A stretch of DNA of 64,000 nucleotides, taken from the NCBI GenBank assembly GCA_013239625.1, contig MU056434.1, positions 682,001 through 746,000 of the forward strand, written 5' to 3'. Numbering within the stretch: the first letter of the stretch is position 1; each line of letters starts with the position of its first letter. Below are positions 37,501 to 49,744 of this stretch, piece after piece. The translations under genes were made by a program, and so were the position numbers. The notes beneath the pieces are model-generated. The model searched no databases and was not told the origin of the DNA. It was given only the letters and a program-made list of their open reading frames with translations. Source of the DNA: Lama guanicoe (lineage: Eukaryota).

Positions 37501-39235
37501 TAGCAGCTGCTGTGGCTGCCGTCACCTCTGGTCCCGTCTCCAGGACAGGCTCCCACAGAGGGACGCTGGCCAGGACATCACGCTTTGCTGGGGGTCGGGG
37601 GCACATGTGGGAGCCCAGTGGGGCAGGTTGGGCAGGTCTTCCTCCGGAGATGAGCATGGCCTCCAGCATGTCAGCAAACGGCACCTCACATGGAGAAAGT
37701 GGAGGGCGGTGTCCTGAGTGGAATGTGGTGCCCGGAAGACACCCCGCACACGCCTCCTTGTCTATGTCTGACGAGGTTCCAGCTGCTGCTGCCTAAACAG
37801 AGCTGCCCTCCTTTCTGACACTAGTGATGTTCCCCCACATCCTGGTGGCCTGGCCATGGGTATAGAACACACAGGGGCTGGCATGGCCCTTCCTAGAGGT
37901 GATGGAGGACACCCAGCAGGACCTCTGTCCAGCAGGCCAGCAGTAAGGTCTGTCTGTCTGCCGGGACAGCGCACAGCCCCCGGGGAGGGAAGGGGCTGTG
38001 GGGAGCTCAGGCGATAACAGCTCACACGGCGGATGCCGGGGTCTGACCGAGGGGCAGATACCTGCCTGTCTGGGTGGCCGGGGTCAGACGCCTGTTCCGT
38101 GCACATGGACCAGCCAGGGCTCAGCAGCCGCCAGTCAGCCCCTTTCCTAGGATACAGGGTCACTAGCCCACACCTACAGCCCTGGACCCCACTGTCCACC
38201 ATGAGGTCCTGCTAGCCCGGGTTCCCTGTTCCCAGTGAAGCTTCCGACCTTCAGGGAAGAGTGATCACAGAGCTTTCCAAGGATGTGGGTGCCCCTTGCA
38301 GCTGCGGGGAAGGCATGTCCCCTGGAGCCCCTGCAGAGGACGAGCTGGCGTTGCGGGGTAAGTCCTTCCAGCACCCCCACCCAGACTGCACCCTCTCAGC
38401 AACACACGGTGCTGGCATGTCAATCGCACTGGGGTCCCAGCCCGTGGCCCCTGCTTCAATCAACCAACCAAACCTCAGAGCCCGTCACCCCCGAGCAGGA
38501 CCTAGAGGCCAGACCCTCCAGCAGGGGGACTGCTCCAGTGGATTCAATATCTTGCCACTCAGACACGCACGTGTAACCCAGATTCCCTGGGGAGCAGCAG
38601 CCCTCCTGGGGCACACACACTGAGGGCTCCACTCCCTCAGGCAAAGCGGGGTGGGATCCTGAGCATCCCACAGGGTCCTCCGGCCTGAGAGGGGCTGACT
38701 TCAGGCAGGGCACCTGGGGGCTCTCCCAGCCTCGTCAGGGGCCCCCCACAGCCCCCATGTCAACTTCCAGGGTCCCCTCCTTCCTATCAACAGCCCAGCT
38801 TTAAGAGTAGCTGCCCTGACTTCTGGCCTGGCCCCACATAGGAGCCAGCGGCTGCCCCATGCGTGGTTGTGATGGTGCCCTTGGGTGCCCACCAGTCTCC
38901 CTTGAGCTGGTGCTTTATGCCCAGAAGCTGCCCTGGGATGGCCTCTTGTGTCCCCTGACTTCACTCTGGGGGGCAGCACCTCCTCCCTCCCACTGATCCA
39001 GCTCAGCCCCAAGCCTGTTGGCATCTGCCACCCCCAGCCCTGTGATACAGGAGCTCCTGGCCATCCTTGGGGTGGGGAGCCCAGGACCTGGGCACCATGC
39101 CTAGTGTCCTTGCTGGAGGGCCCGACCACCCTACCTAGTGGAGGTTCTGAGGATGGCTCTGGGCTCTGACCCCAAGGGAACCAGGGGGTCACCCTGGAGA
39201 ATTCGTACCTCAAGCCTGCAGGTTTGCAAACAGAG

Positions 39236-39241
39236 TTTATT
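39236..39241 (-). terminator. GNB1L poly(A) signal AATAAA
   Basis: TTTATT on the + strand, about 180 nt past the GNB1L stop codon. Confidence 0.7.
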
Positions 39242-39423
39242 GTCAGGCGCCCCCAGTCGGCCTTTGACCTGGGCTACAGGTGCCTGGTGTCCAGCCCAGT
39301 TACACTTTAAATCGCAGTCACTGTCCCATACCCAAAGAAGCAAGTGTCAAGCCAGAAGGATGTTGGCTCTTCCCATAATGGAGCCCTCGTGATCTGCGCA
39401 CCCACCTCCCTGCTGTCAGCATG

Positions 39424-39675
39424 TCACATGCGCGGGTAGAGCGACCACACACTGATGCGCTGATCCCCGGAGCCCGCGGCCAGCAGGCCATCCGTGGCGA
39501 AGGCCAGGCAGTGAACAGCGGCGCTGTGGAAGGCCAGCACGGCCAGCGGCTTCATCGTCCGCCAGTGAAACACACGGATGCGATGGTCCCAGCCCGCGGT
39601 GGCCAGGAGCCTACGGTCTGGCCGGATCCTGACGTCGGCGACCCCAGGGTTGGTGAGCTGGTGAGTTCTGTGCAC
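39424..39675 (-). CDS. GNB1L: GNB1L last coding exon (252 nt including TGA)
   Basis: VHRTHQLTNPGVADVRIRPDRRLLATAGWDHRIRVFHWRTMKPLAVLAFHSAAVHCLAFATDGLLAAGSGDQRISVWSLYPRM*. The six exons sum to 978 nt (325 aa) with consistent phases. Confidence 0.96.
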   Translation of the reverse strand: MHRTHQLTNPGVADVRIRPDRRLLATAGWDHRIRVFHWRTMKPLAVLAFHSAAVHCLAFATDGLLAAGSGDQRISVWSLYPRM

Positions 39676-40749
39676 CTGTGATCGAGAGAGTGGTGGGGAG
39701 GATCGTTAGGGGGCTTCCCAGGACAGGCTGTCTGGAGCCAGAGACCTCTGCCCTTGGCCAGACCCTTAGGCTGAGATAGGAAAGACCTCATGGGCAGGGT
39801 CCTGGGACCCACCCCATGGAAATACTGCCCCCCGGCGTCCAGGTGGCACAGCAGCACGAAGTCGGTGCAGAAATCTCAGCACAGCCAAGGCGGGTAAGAG
39901 GATGCAGACCCCACCGGCAGCACAGGTGGGAGTGACAGTGAAGGCTGCCCAGGGTGGGACACGCAGGAGTGGGCGGGCGACTGGCCACAGGAGGCCTGGG
40001 CCAGGTTCTGAGAGGGGCAGGGCCATGTCACAGGGCACTGCAGGCACATCTGTCCACATGAGCTCTCAGCGGGGCTGGGCCTCCCCACACGCCTTCCCGC
40101 AGCCCCTCTGGTCCGGCCACTCTTGGTTCCAGGACTGTGTGTGCCACGGGGGCCACTTGGCACCTCTGCCCCTTCATCACGACAACCCAACTGGCCACGT
40201 CCTTCCACCCTTCCTGCCTCGGCCCAGCCCCAGGCACCAGGAGCTCTTCTGCCCCAAAGTCGCCTGTGAGCCTGCAGAAACTCCCCTTTCTCTCCAAATT
40301 CACCTCCTGATGGGGCCATAGTGAGACAGGTGGCACCTGGGACCCTGGGCTGCAGTGCTTACACCAGGACAACACAGCACAAAGGGACCATAAGGGACTA
40401 AAGATAACTGCACACACGCACAGCTGGGCCAAATTGTGAGCGGATACACAGAGGCCAAAACGTAAGTGCCACCTCTGGGTGCGAGGACCAGAGGCAGGTC
40501 CTGTGCACGGTCCCTGCCCACGGCCCCACCGAGGGGGTGGCCAGACCCCTGATCTGCCCCCACCCCCACCCCATTTCAGAGAGCAGCTCCCTCCTCGGGA
40601 CCGAGCAAGGTCCCTCTGCTGCAGCACAAGTCCCAGTGAAGCCTCCATGCATGTCTCGTCCAGCCGCTCATCAGCTTCTATTGATTAAAGGGTCCAATAA
40701 CCCAGGCTGGTAACACGGCTGCCTCTAGGGAGAGTCGTTCGCGTCTACA

Positions 40750-43260
40750 AAGACAACGCAAGAGAACAGGAGGAAAGAGATGTGGGGAAAAAGAGGGTCG
40801 CTGTTCTTGGAAGCAACAGGACACTCACCGGGCACTTTTGCCATACATCAGCAAAAAAAAAAAGTTGGTGAATCAACTACGTCCATACAACTAGAACTGA
40901 AGGGCAGACACATAGCGGGCAGCCTGACTGTGGGGCAGCGCGCTGCTAAGGGAAGTGGAGGAAACACTCAAGACGTGGGGGATCAGACAAGACAGCAAAG
41001 GCAAGAGTGACCCAAAGTGAGCAAAGCACCCAGAAACAGCCGTGGCAACTGGAAGACCTTCACTGAATTAGGGAGTCAACTCTCGCTCCTGGAAACTGAA
41101 GCTGTGGATCCAGGCTCTGGAACGGTCAGAGGGAAGGTGTGCTTAGTAACATTGCTGGACTCCAAGCAGAAGACGTGCTCCCAGGAGCCAGGCAACCAGA
41201 TGGAGTCAAGCACCAGGGCAAGGGTTGGGCTGATGTCCCGTGGCCAAGTCTGTGCCAGGTGGGAGATGACGCCCACAAGGCTCGGGGGAGGCCCAGAAAT
41301 TTTATATCCAGCCAAACTGTCGCTCAGGTCTGAGAACAACAGACCAGCATTTCTGAACACATAAGAAATCAGGGAAGCATCCCAGAAGCTCTTCCTGGAG
41401 CACACGTGGCCACGCCCCAAGAGAGTGATCACACTGTGGCTGGGGTCTACTCTCACCACCGTGACAAAGCTGGAGACCAGGCCTCACAAGCCTGAAGGGC
41501 AGGCAGAGTTTGGAAAGAGCGTCCCACCCCATCACAGGAGCCGGGGGAGGACCCTGGGCCCCCAGCTGCCCCGACAAAGCAGGTGAACAGCCCATGGGAA
41601 CAAGAGAGATCCCTCTGCAGAGCCGATCAACAGAACCCTCTCCACCTTGTGTCGTTCACACAAACAAAAGTTACCAGGCACGCGGAGAAGTGGGAGGAGA
41701 GGACCTGTCGTCAAGGGAAGAGCAGCAACAGCAAGGGGCCCAGAATGGCACAGGTGCAGAGCCTGTCGGACCAGGACTTTGCAGCAGCAGTTAAACGTCC
41801 CTTCCAGACAATGAAAAGAAACGTTCAAATAATGACCAAAACATTGTCGTGATGAGGGAACATATAGGAGCTACGAGCAGAGAAATGGAAATTATAAAAA
41901 AGCACAGACCCTAAACAGTCAACTGAATGTGGAAGGAGAAAAGTCGAGTCCGGACGGACGTCAACACTGACTCCGAGACGTGCTAGGAAGTCAGAGGAAT
42001 GAAGGCGCTGGGCATCGGCGACGGACAGACAGCCCGGAAACAGGCCCCTGTGTACACCATCTCTGACACAGGAGCAAAGAGTCTCTCCAACAAACGGTGC
42101 TGGAGCACCGGGGCATCCACACACGTAGAAACCCCCAAGGCCGAACTGACGCCAGCACAGAAACTAACCTACAGGTCAGCTGCAAAGACGGAAGCCTCCT
42201 GTGAGGTAACAGAGGGGGCAGGCACCAGGACAGCCCCATGTGCAGACACAGCCTCGTGTGCAGACACAGCATGGAAAGGCCAACTGGCGGGGCCGCCCAG
42301 CGGGACACAGTGGGGACACCTGAGTGCTGCATTCCCAGGGTCAGGGCAACCAAGTTCCTGAAGCTGCTCAGTCCGGATGAAGCACGAGGCTGACCGACGG
42401 GAAAGGACGCTGGGACCCGCCCTCGCAGACCGACAGCCCCGGTCCGGCAGCTGAGAGCCCGTCCACGGACAGCAGGGCCAGGCCTGACGTGGCCTTGCCG
42501 GACCGCCAGCCCTGACAGCAGAGCTGAGATCAGCAACCTCTACAAAATCAACAAATGCGCGGGAATTAAGTAGTGGATTTCTAAGGAAGCACCGGATCAA
42601 AGGAGAAATCACAAGGGAAAACGAAGATACAAAAATGGACGCTTGTGGGATGGGCCCAGGGATGCTGCACAAACCAGGAGGGACGCCAGCAGTGGGCCCC
42701 GTGGCCACGCAGAGCCCGCTGTCTGGCTGCAGGAGGCAGCCCTGGGCAGCGTTCACCAGCAAAACAGTAGCGTGAGCCGAGGTCACGTGGAAGCCACCTC
42801 TGGGAGAGGGACGCTGGCCTGAGAAGGAGACTGAAGGCTAAAGAGGGAAAAATAAAAGGCACAAAACCAGGAGAAGCTTGGCCTGAGCCTCCTGAATCGT
42901 TGCCAGGACAAACTTTTTAGGCAAAAATCCTTTCCAGAGACAAGGGTTCAATTCCCTGGGAAGAGACATTCCCACCCAGCGTCCACGCACAGAGACCGGG
43001 AGCACGTGGGACACGGGAAAGGCATGGGTGTCCCCGGGGCCCGGGACCCAGGCGGCTGCAGCCGTGCGCTGGGCACTGAGAAACACGCGGGACACTTTGG
43101 AAAGCCTCCTGGCTTCCACACTTCAGAGAGCGGACACCACTCAGAACTCATTCCCCAAACGCAGAGGATCAAGTGAGAAACTGAGAAGTAGAAAGTAATG
43201 CGGGCAGAATCAAACATTTGGAAACACAAACACTCTAATCAGCTCTGCAGTCAGAGAACA
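40750..43260 (+). mobile_element. Highly decayed ancient L1 (ORF1/ORF2 remnants) in the last GNB1L intron
   Basis: A-rich + strand; ttttatatccagccaaactgtc (ORF1 end) and gatcaaaggagaaatcacaaggg...ttgtgggat (ORF2). Boundaries approximate and probably several fragments. Confidence 0.6.
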
Positions 43261-46200
43261 GACTGAACCAGGGCTGCCCGGAACTGAGTGTGAGGAAGGG
43301 TCCCAGATGCAGCCAGCCTTCGCTGCTGCACATGCCCCACCGGGTCAGAGCAGCATATGGAGGCCAAGAGACTCGGCAGAGGGAGAGGAAGATGGAGGGA
43401 AATGGTGCAACAGAAAGGGATGCTTACAGATAACAAACACAGGCTGCTCAGGAGCAAAAAGGGACCAGCCTGCAGACACAGAAATCCAAACGGTCATCAC
43501 AAAAAACTGAGGAAGGTCAGTGTGACCCGCATGTGGGCAGCATCCGCAGCAGCAACCTGTCCAGCCACCTCCATGCCTGCCCCGCATCTCATGCCCAACC
43601 TCCTGCCCTTCCAGCCACCGCTGTTCAGCACCCGGCCCTCCTCCTCCAACGTCCACTGTGGCCGCCAGCGGCCCCGCGTGTCCTGTGCTCTCTGCCAGCC
43701 TTCGACTGCCCTCTCCCGGCAGAGTCTGGGCCCAGGGTCAGGTCACAGGAACAGCCCACAGCCCTCAACTCTCACTGGGTGTTAACCGTGGGGACGTCTC
43801 CCAGGGAGACAAGGGCTGCTTCCAAACCTGCAGTCTGCAGATGAGCGCCGGGGGCCCCAGGAACCGTGCGCGAGCTTCAGTGGAGCCCGAGCCGTGGTCC
43901 TCACGTGGCCAACTCGGGCACAGGGCAGAGATGCCCAGTACCACCCACGAGGACAGAGGATGGGACTCACGTGCTCCCACCTTGCAGCCCCTCCCGGAAG
44001 TGCTGTGGCATCAAGGCACAAGGCCTGTCATGGGGACCTGGGCTGGTCAGTGCCCATTCATGGCCATGGCTGCTGCCCTTCCACCATGTCCTGAGAAGTC
44101 CAGTGGGTGGGTCATGCCCACAGCTCCTCAGCCCAGAGTCCCGTGGTCTCCCTCTCACTGGACCCGTGTCCTGCTGCTGACACTTTAGAGGGAGGCCCCC
44201 GGGAGGGCCAGCGAGGGGATGGCAGTAGCCACGCAGCGGGAACGAGGGGACGCTCGGCCGACTAGGAGTGTGGTGGGGATAGTGTGGTTGTCCGACTCCC
44301 AGCCTAGGCTGGCTGGGGTGGGGGCCCATTATTATTCAAAGGCTTAAAAACACTGCTGGCTGTAAAACAGCCCTGGTTCAAGGCCATGGACCCTGCCCCA
44401 AGTGTGGGAGGGAGAAGCAGGTCTGCACACCACCTGCGCCTGACAGAGACGCGCCCAAGCCCCGGGCTCCAGGGAAGCCATCTCCGTAGGCAGGTGAGCA
44501 GCCCAGTGTTCACCCCAGGACGGTGGCCAAAGGCTCCGGTCACCACTGCAGCCCCTGGCTGAGCCTGTCTTGGACCAGGACCCTCCGGGAGGGGTCCCGG
44601 CACCAGTGGCTCTCACAGCGCATGACATCAGGTGCCAAGAATGCGCACGCGGCGGCCCATCTGGTTCCCATTACCCACGCTCTGCTCAGGAGCCCGTCTC
44701 CGCCCGCCCGCCCGGAGATTGATTTGGGCTCCTTAGAGCAGCAGGCTGTGAGGTGAGGCACACCTTCACCCACGTGGTTCCAGGGCCAGCCTGCAGGGCC
44801 ACCGCAGCACCAAGGGCCCATGGGCGAGGCCGTCTTGGACACTGCAAATGCCGAGGGCGTCAAGGCCCCGAGGCTTCCTCCTTGAGGCCAGTGCTCCACC
44901 ACCTGAAGGTGTCTGTCAGGGTCTCTGGGGGCGTGGATGTCTCTAGCAGGGGGCGGTGGGAGGAGCAGTGCCTCCTGGATCACCTCCTGGGTCGTGTGCT
45001 GCTGAGGGGGGCCTCTCCCTCCCGTGCCCCCTCCCCCTCCCCAGACCCCACAGGGCTGCTCCCACCTCAGGGCCCCACCCACTTGCGCTGGTTCTAGCTT
45101 GGTCCCCCCACTGACTGTGTGTTTTAGGAAGCCAGCAGCCCCTCCAGCTGCCGAGTGAGAGGTCTCCCTGCATGACTGCAATGTTTGTCCTGGTCTCCCA
45201 GGACTTCTCGCCCGCCGGTGACAGCCCTGCCCCGGCTGTCCGGTGCCCAGGCTGGCGATGCCTGCTGAGCATTGCAGCCTGTCCTGATCCTCACCCATGC
45301 CCCCTCCCCCACCCCACCCAAGTGCCCAGAGACTCCTCCCTGGCTGTGGGGGCCCAGGGCTGGGCAAGGCCTCCCCATATGGGGGGGCCCAAGAGATGCC
45401 CTCTCCCTGCAGCCACCTGTCTGCAGCACAGCCTGGACTGCAGGGGACCCCCCTACAGACCCGGTCCTCCAGTGCTCCAGGGACAAGAGCCCAGGTGGGG
45501 CCAGGAGCAGGGCCACAAGCTTCTACCTGGGGCCCTGCTCCCCTACCATACCTGTGTTCACAGAGCTGCCTTTCAAGGAAGTTCCCTTCACTGGCTGTGG
45601 TCAGGTCTCAGCCTCCAGAGGCTACCTGGCTAATGGGGGCTCCTCTCCTCCCTAAAAGCTAGGGTGCACCCAGGCTGCCCTCTGGGGTCTGACAGGGACA
45701 GGACACACCAGCACTGCATCCCCTAGGATCTGCACCAGAGTGGGGTTTGGACAAGGGGCTGCCGTCCACCAACTCCGTCGCCCCACCCCAGCCAGGCTGA
45801 GCCCCGAACACAGGTCCAGACATGGCCCCAGGGTCCCTGCGGGCCCCATGGGATGGGGCGGCGTGCACAGACGTGCCGCGAAGGCGCCCACAGCGCCCAC
45901 TCTGCCCGAGCCCCGCCCCTCCCTGCCTCCCTGGGCGGCCTGCGGGCGGCTACAGAGGCCTGACTCCGTGGACTTCCCTACATCGGGTTTTGGGTATTTT
46001 TTTTTCTTCTTTTTGATTAATCAGTTCCTTACTGACCAAATTCCTCTGAGTTTTGCAAACGCGCTTGCATGGTCCTGGATTCTACATGCCTTTTCTCTAG
46101 ATGGACGAGACGTGACCGCTGTTCCCCGAGGTCTAAGAGAAACCCACACCACATGAGCAGCTCACAAACGCCCAGCCCGCCCGCCGGCTCCCGGTGATTA

Positions 46201-46308
46201 ATTAGCCCAGGGTCTGCACCGGCTCCTCTTCATGCCTAAATATTGTTTCAGCCCATCAGACTGTTAGTGCAGAGCAGGATAAATGACACCTCAGTCTGGC
46301 CCACTGAC

Positions 46309-46524
46309 CTGCAAGGCTCGCTGCTCATCCAGGCTCCAGACGGCCAGTGCCTTTTCTGCAGAGCCCGAGACACCCCTGGCCTTCTGGGAGTCGAAGTCCA
46401 GGCCCATGACGGGCTCCTCATGGCAGGCGACACGGCTGCACACCTTCCGTGCAGAGACATCCCACAGGGCCACCGAGCCGTCCTCATAGCCAGCCAGGAG
46501 GAGTGGGAGGGGACTGGAGTCAGC
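46309..46524 (-). CDS. GNB1L: GNB1L coding exon 5 (216 nt)
   Basis: ADSSPLPLLLAGYEDGSVALWDVSARKVCSRVACHEEPVMGLDFDSQKARGVSGSAEKALAVWSLDEQRALQ; WD40 repeats; ctgcag / gtcagt boundaries. Confidence 0.96.
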
Positions 46525-49269
46525 CTGCAGGGACAGCATGCAGTCAGCCGTGGGGGGCAGGGGCTCAGGCCAGCCTTGGCTGGGGGGTGCCCAGGGACCC
46601 GGACAGAGAGCACTTGCTGCACCACCCTTGCTGGCCCCCGTCCTTCCCGCCAGACGACTCAGCCACCCCTGGGTGGGGCCGGTCACCTGTATGAACTGCC
46701 GGCCAAAGAAAGCCTCAAACTCCTCTCAGTGAAAAATGAGCCTTCTGTACTTTGTCAAGGTCGCTGCGGAAGCCCCCCGACCGCCAAGCCTGGAGAGTGC
46801 CGGCGCTGACGGTGCACACTCCACTGGCCCAGCCGCGTGATGGATGAGGCCGCAGGTCAGAGGGCTCTGTGGCGCCTGCGGGGGAGCGTGGGGACCCCGG
46901 GTCGCCCTGGCACCGATCGAGTGGCGGCCCTGCCAGGTACCCAGTCCCAGCAATGTCTCTTCCTCTCCACTGGCCTCTGCCTCCCCCACGGAGCTCCCGG
47001 GGCTCAGAAACTCCAAGCACACCTCCTCACAGCGCACTTCCCTCAGTGAGGCCAGTGCTGAGCCTGGGGCCTGGGGCTGGTCAGTGAGGCAGCCTCCCTC
47101 TTGGGTCACCTGCCCTCTGAGGAGAATCCACTGCTGGTGGGTAAGGCTGGGCCTCCCCACCTGCTGCTGGGGCAGCGAACGTGGGTATGGGGTTCCGCCT
47201 GCCCAGAGGCGCTGGGGGCCCAGGTGCCACACATGCATACACAGCAGCTCTCTGCGAGAGCCCTCACTCAGCTGGGCAAGGCAACCTGGTTTCGCCAGAA
47301 GGCACCGTGTGTGTCTAACATGTGTGGACACTGCACCCTCAACCCAAGGAAGTGTAGTGGCTGTATGTGGTGCTTGAGGTGCCTCCTTGGGGCCCCCTGC
47401 AGGCTGCAGCCCCCACAGGCCCTACTGGGTGAGTGGCCCCACAACCATGGACCTCGAGGGGCAGTGCACTGATCACCACCTCCACCCACCTCCCTGCAGC
47501 AGCCCTGGGAGCCGGTGCTTGCCAGCACTTCCCCGACAGTGAAGAGCCCCCCCCCACCTTTCAGGTAGCCCAACGGTGACCACCTGGGTGGCTGGCATGA
47601 TTCACACCACTTTCCCCACAGACGTCTGCTGTGTTGTAAGGGGTGGTCAGGCCCTCTGCTCAGGCAGCCATGCCTCTGCAGACAGGCCCCCCCGGAAGCC
47701 AAGGCAGGGTGAGGGCAGGTCAGCACAGTCCAAATGCATGGCCTGCGCCCCAGACCAGGACTGCAGACCCATCCGAGGGCACTGGGAGGAAATGCAGAGA
47801 CGGGGGACTCTGAAGACCGGCCTACTTGGGTCCCCCGGGGCACTACTCTGTCCTCCCACCCTCGTCACCTCAGCCCAGCCTGCACTCCGGCCCCCACCAC
47901 ACATGTTCCTCCCACGCCCGGGCTCCCCCCATCACTGACACACAGGTTCTGGTCAGTCTCTGCAGCCCAACCCCCCTCAAGGTCTGTGATCTGGGGGTCC
48001 TGAGCACCTAGGCTACTGCAGGTCCAGGCACCACGGGGCAGCCAGAGCAGGAGCCAGCCCGGCCTTGGGAGCTTGCCCTGCGGTTGCCGAGGGTCCCAAG
48101 TGCTGAGGTCCCCCCTGCTGGCGTTGTGCTGCAGCTCCCCCCAGGCCTCTCTCCCGGCACACAGGACCCCTGTGGCCCCCAGAGACAGGCCCTGCCCACA
48201 GCCTCAAGCCTCTGAAGGCCATGCCCTCAATGCCAGGCTGACCTCCACGGGCGAGGTTGACGTGAGGACCCGTCGCCTGGGGGACCCAGCAGGCAGGCCG
48301 TGCCCCGCAGCACCTCGAGGTTCCCAGGGAGCCCTCAGCTCAGAGACCCCTGGGGGGGGGCTCCGAGGCCTGACCACCCACGCTGACGACTGTCCTCGCC
48401 ACGCAGGTCAGCTGCTCTGAGGCGCAGATAAGGAGTCATCTGGATGTTGCAGAAAGAAACCCCAGGTCAGGCCCCTCTGCCTGATTAATACAGCCAGACA
48501 ATGAGTGACAACCTGGACCTTCAGGTTGAGGGGGAAAAAGGACGTGTCAGATCAACATTGCCTTCCTTCAATAGGCTGCTCTGCTCTGGAGCCGCGTCTG
48601 CTGACAACACAGCTGTCCTACCCTCAGCCGCGTCAATTACCACAACCAGGTTGCACATCCCGTTTCTACACATCTTCCTTAGAATCTTACACGATTAGGC
48701 AATGATTGTTTCCAGGAAGCAGAGAGTGAGCGGAGGCAGAGATGTCCCGCCCCAGACCTGCAGCCTTCGGTGTTCCCAGCACGCGCCCGCCACCAACCCG
48801 CTGGCACCAGCAGCTCTGTCACTCAGGTGAGCCTGGAGCCCCCACCTCCTTAACCCCAGGGGCTTCCGTCAGTTAAAACTGCAGGGAAACCAACTGCAAG
48901 AAAGGGCAGTGCCCTGGAGGGACGAGCTGGGGCAGGGCACCTGGGGTCCCGGCCCGTGGATCCTGCATCTCCAAATGCTGAGCTCCTCTGTCCAGCGCAT
49001 GGAAGCTAGAGCAGAGGCAAGAACGGCCCCCTCCTGGTCCCGGGCAGCCCAGGGCGGCTCTCGGGAGGCCCGTCCTCGTCCCAGCCCCTGCAGGCTCCAT
49101 GGGTTGCCGGGTGATGAGGAACAGCGCCCCCCCTCATCCAGGGAGGGCCATGTAGGTCCGGGAGGGGAGTGTTGACTAACCCTGCAGGCCTGCACCACCC
49201 TGCTTTTCTGGGATTAATTTTTGTTACTTCTTTGCCTCATAGAGGCAGGAGTGGGCTTAATATGCTGAT

Positions 49270-49425
49270 AGGGATGAGGACGTGGACACGGGGACAGAGA
49301 CGAAGACAGGGTTGGGAACAAGGATGGGGTCGGGGGTGGGGACACAGGGACAGGGACACAGGGACAGGACGGGGACAAGGACGGGCTCAGGGGTGGGGTT
49401 GGGGATGAGGACAGGGATGCGGATG
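49270..49425 (+). repeat. G-rich degenerate hexamer repeat (GGGACA/GGGGTG-like)
   Basis: Read directly; in a GNB1L intron. Confidence 0.75.
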
Positions 49426-49645
49426 GCGACAGTGACAAGCTGGGTGTCCCTATGGGGTCTGCAGGGCTCCCTGGCAGCAGCAGGAGGGCGCAGGGGCCAC
49501 AGGCCAGCCAGGCTGCGAAGGACAGTGTGTAAATGCCTCCCATGGGTCAACCACCTGGCGGTGACAGAGAGCCAGTCCCCGACAGGCATGATTCACGGTC
49601 GGTGGGCGTGGCGGGCAGGCGTGGCCGGCGGGCGCTGGGCCTTAC

Positions 49646-49744
49646 CTGCCAGAGCTGCAGGCACATGGGCATGCCCGGCCTGGCCTCAGCCTCAAGCTTC
49701 AGGGAGCACACTGACGTCTTGGATGGCATCTCCAGAATCTGAAC
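49646..49744 (-). CDS. GNB1L: GNB1L coding exon 4 (99 nt)
   Basis: VQILEMPSKTSVCSLKLEAEARPGMPMCLQLWQ; tgtcag / gtaagg boundaries. Confidence 0.95.
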
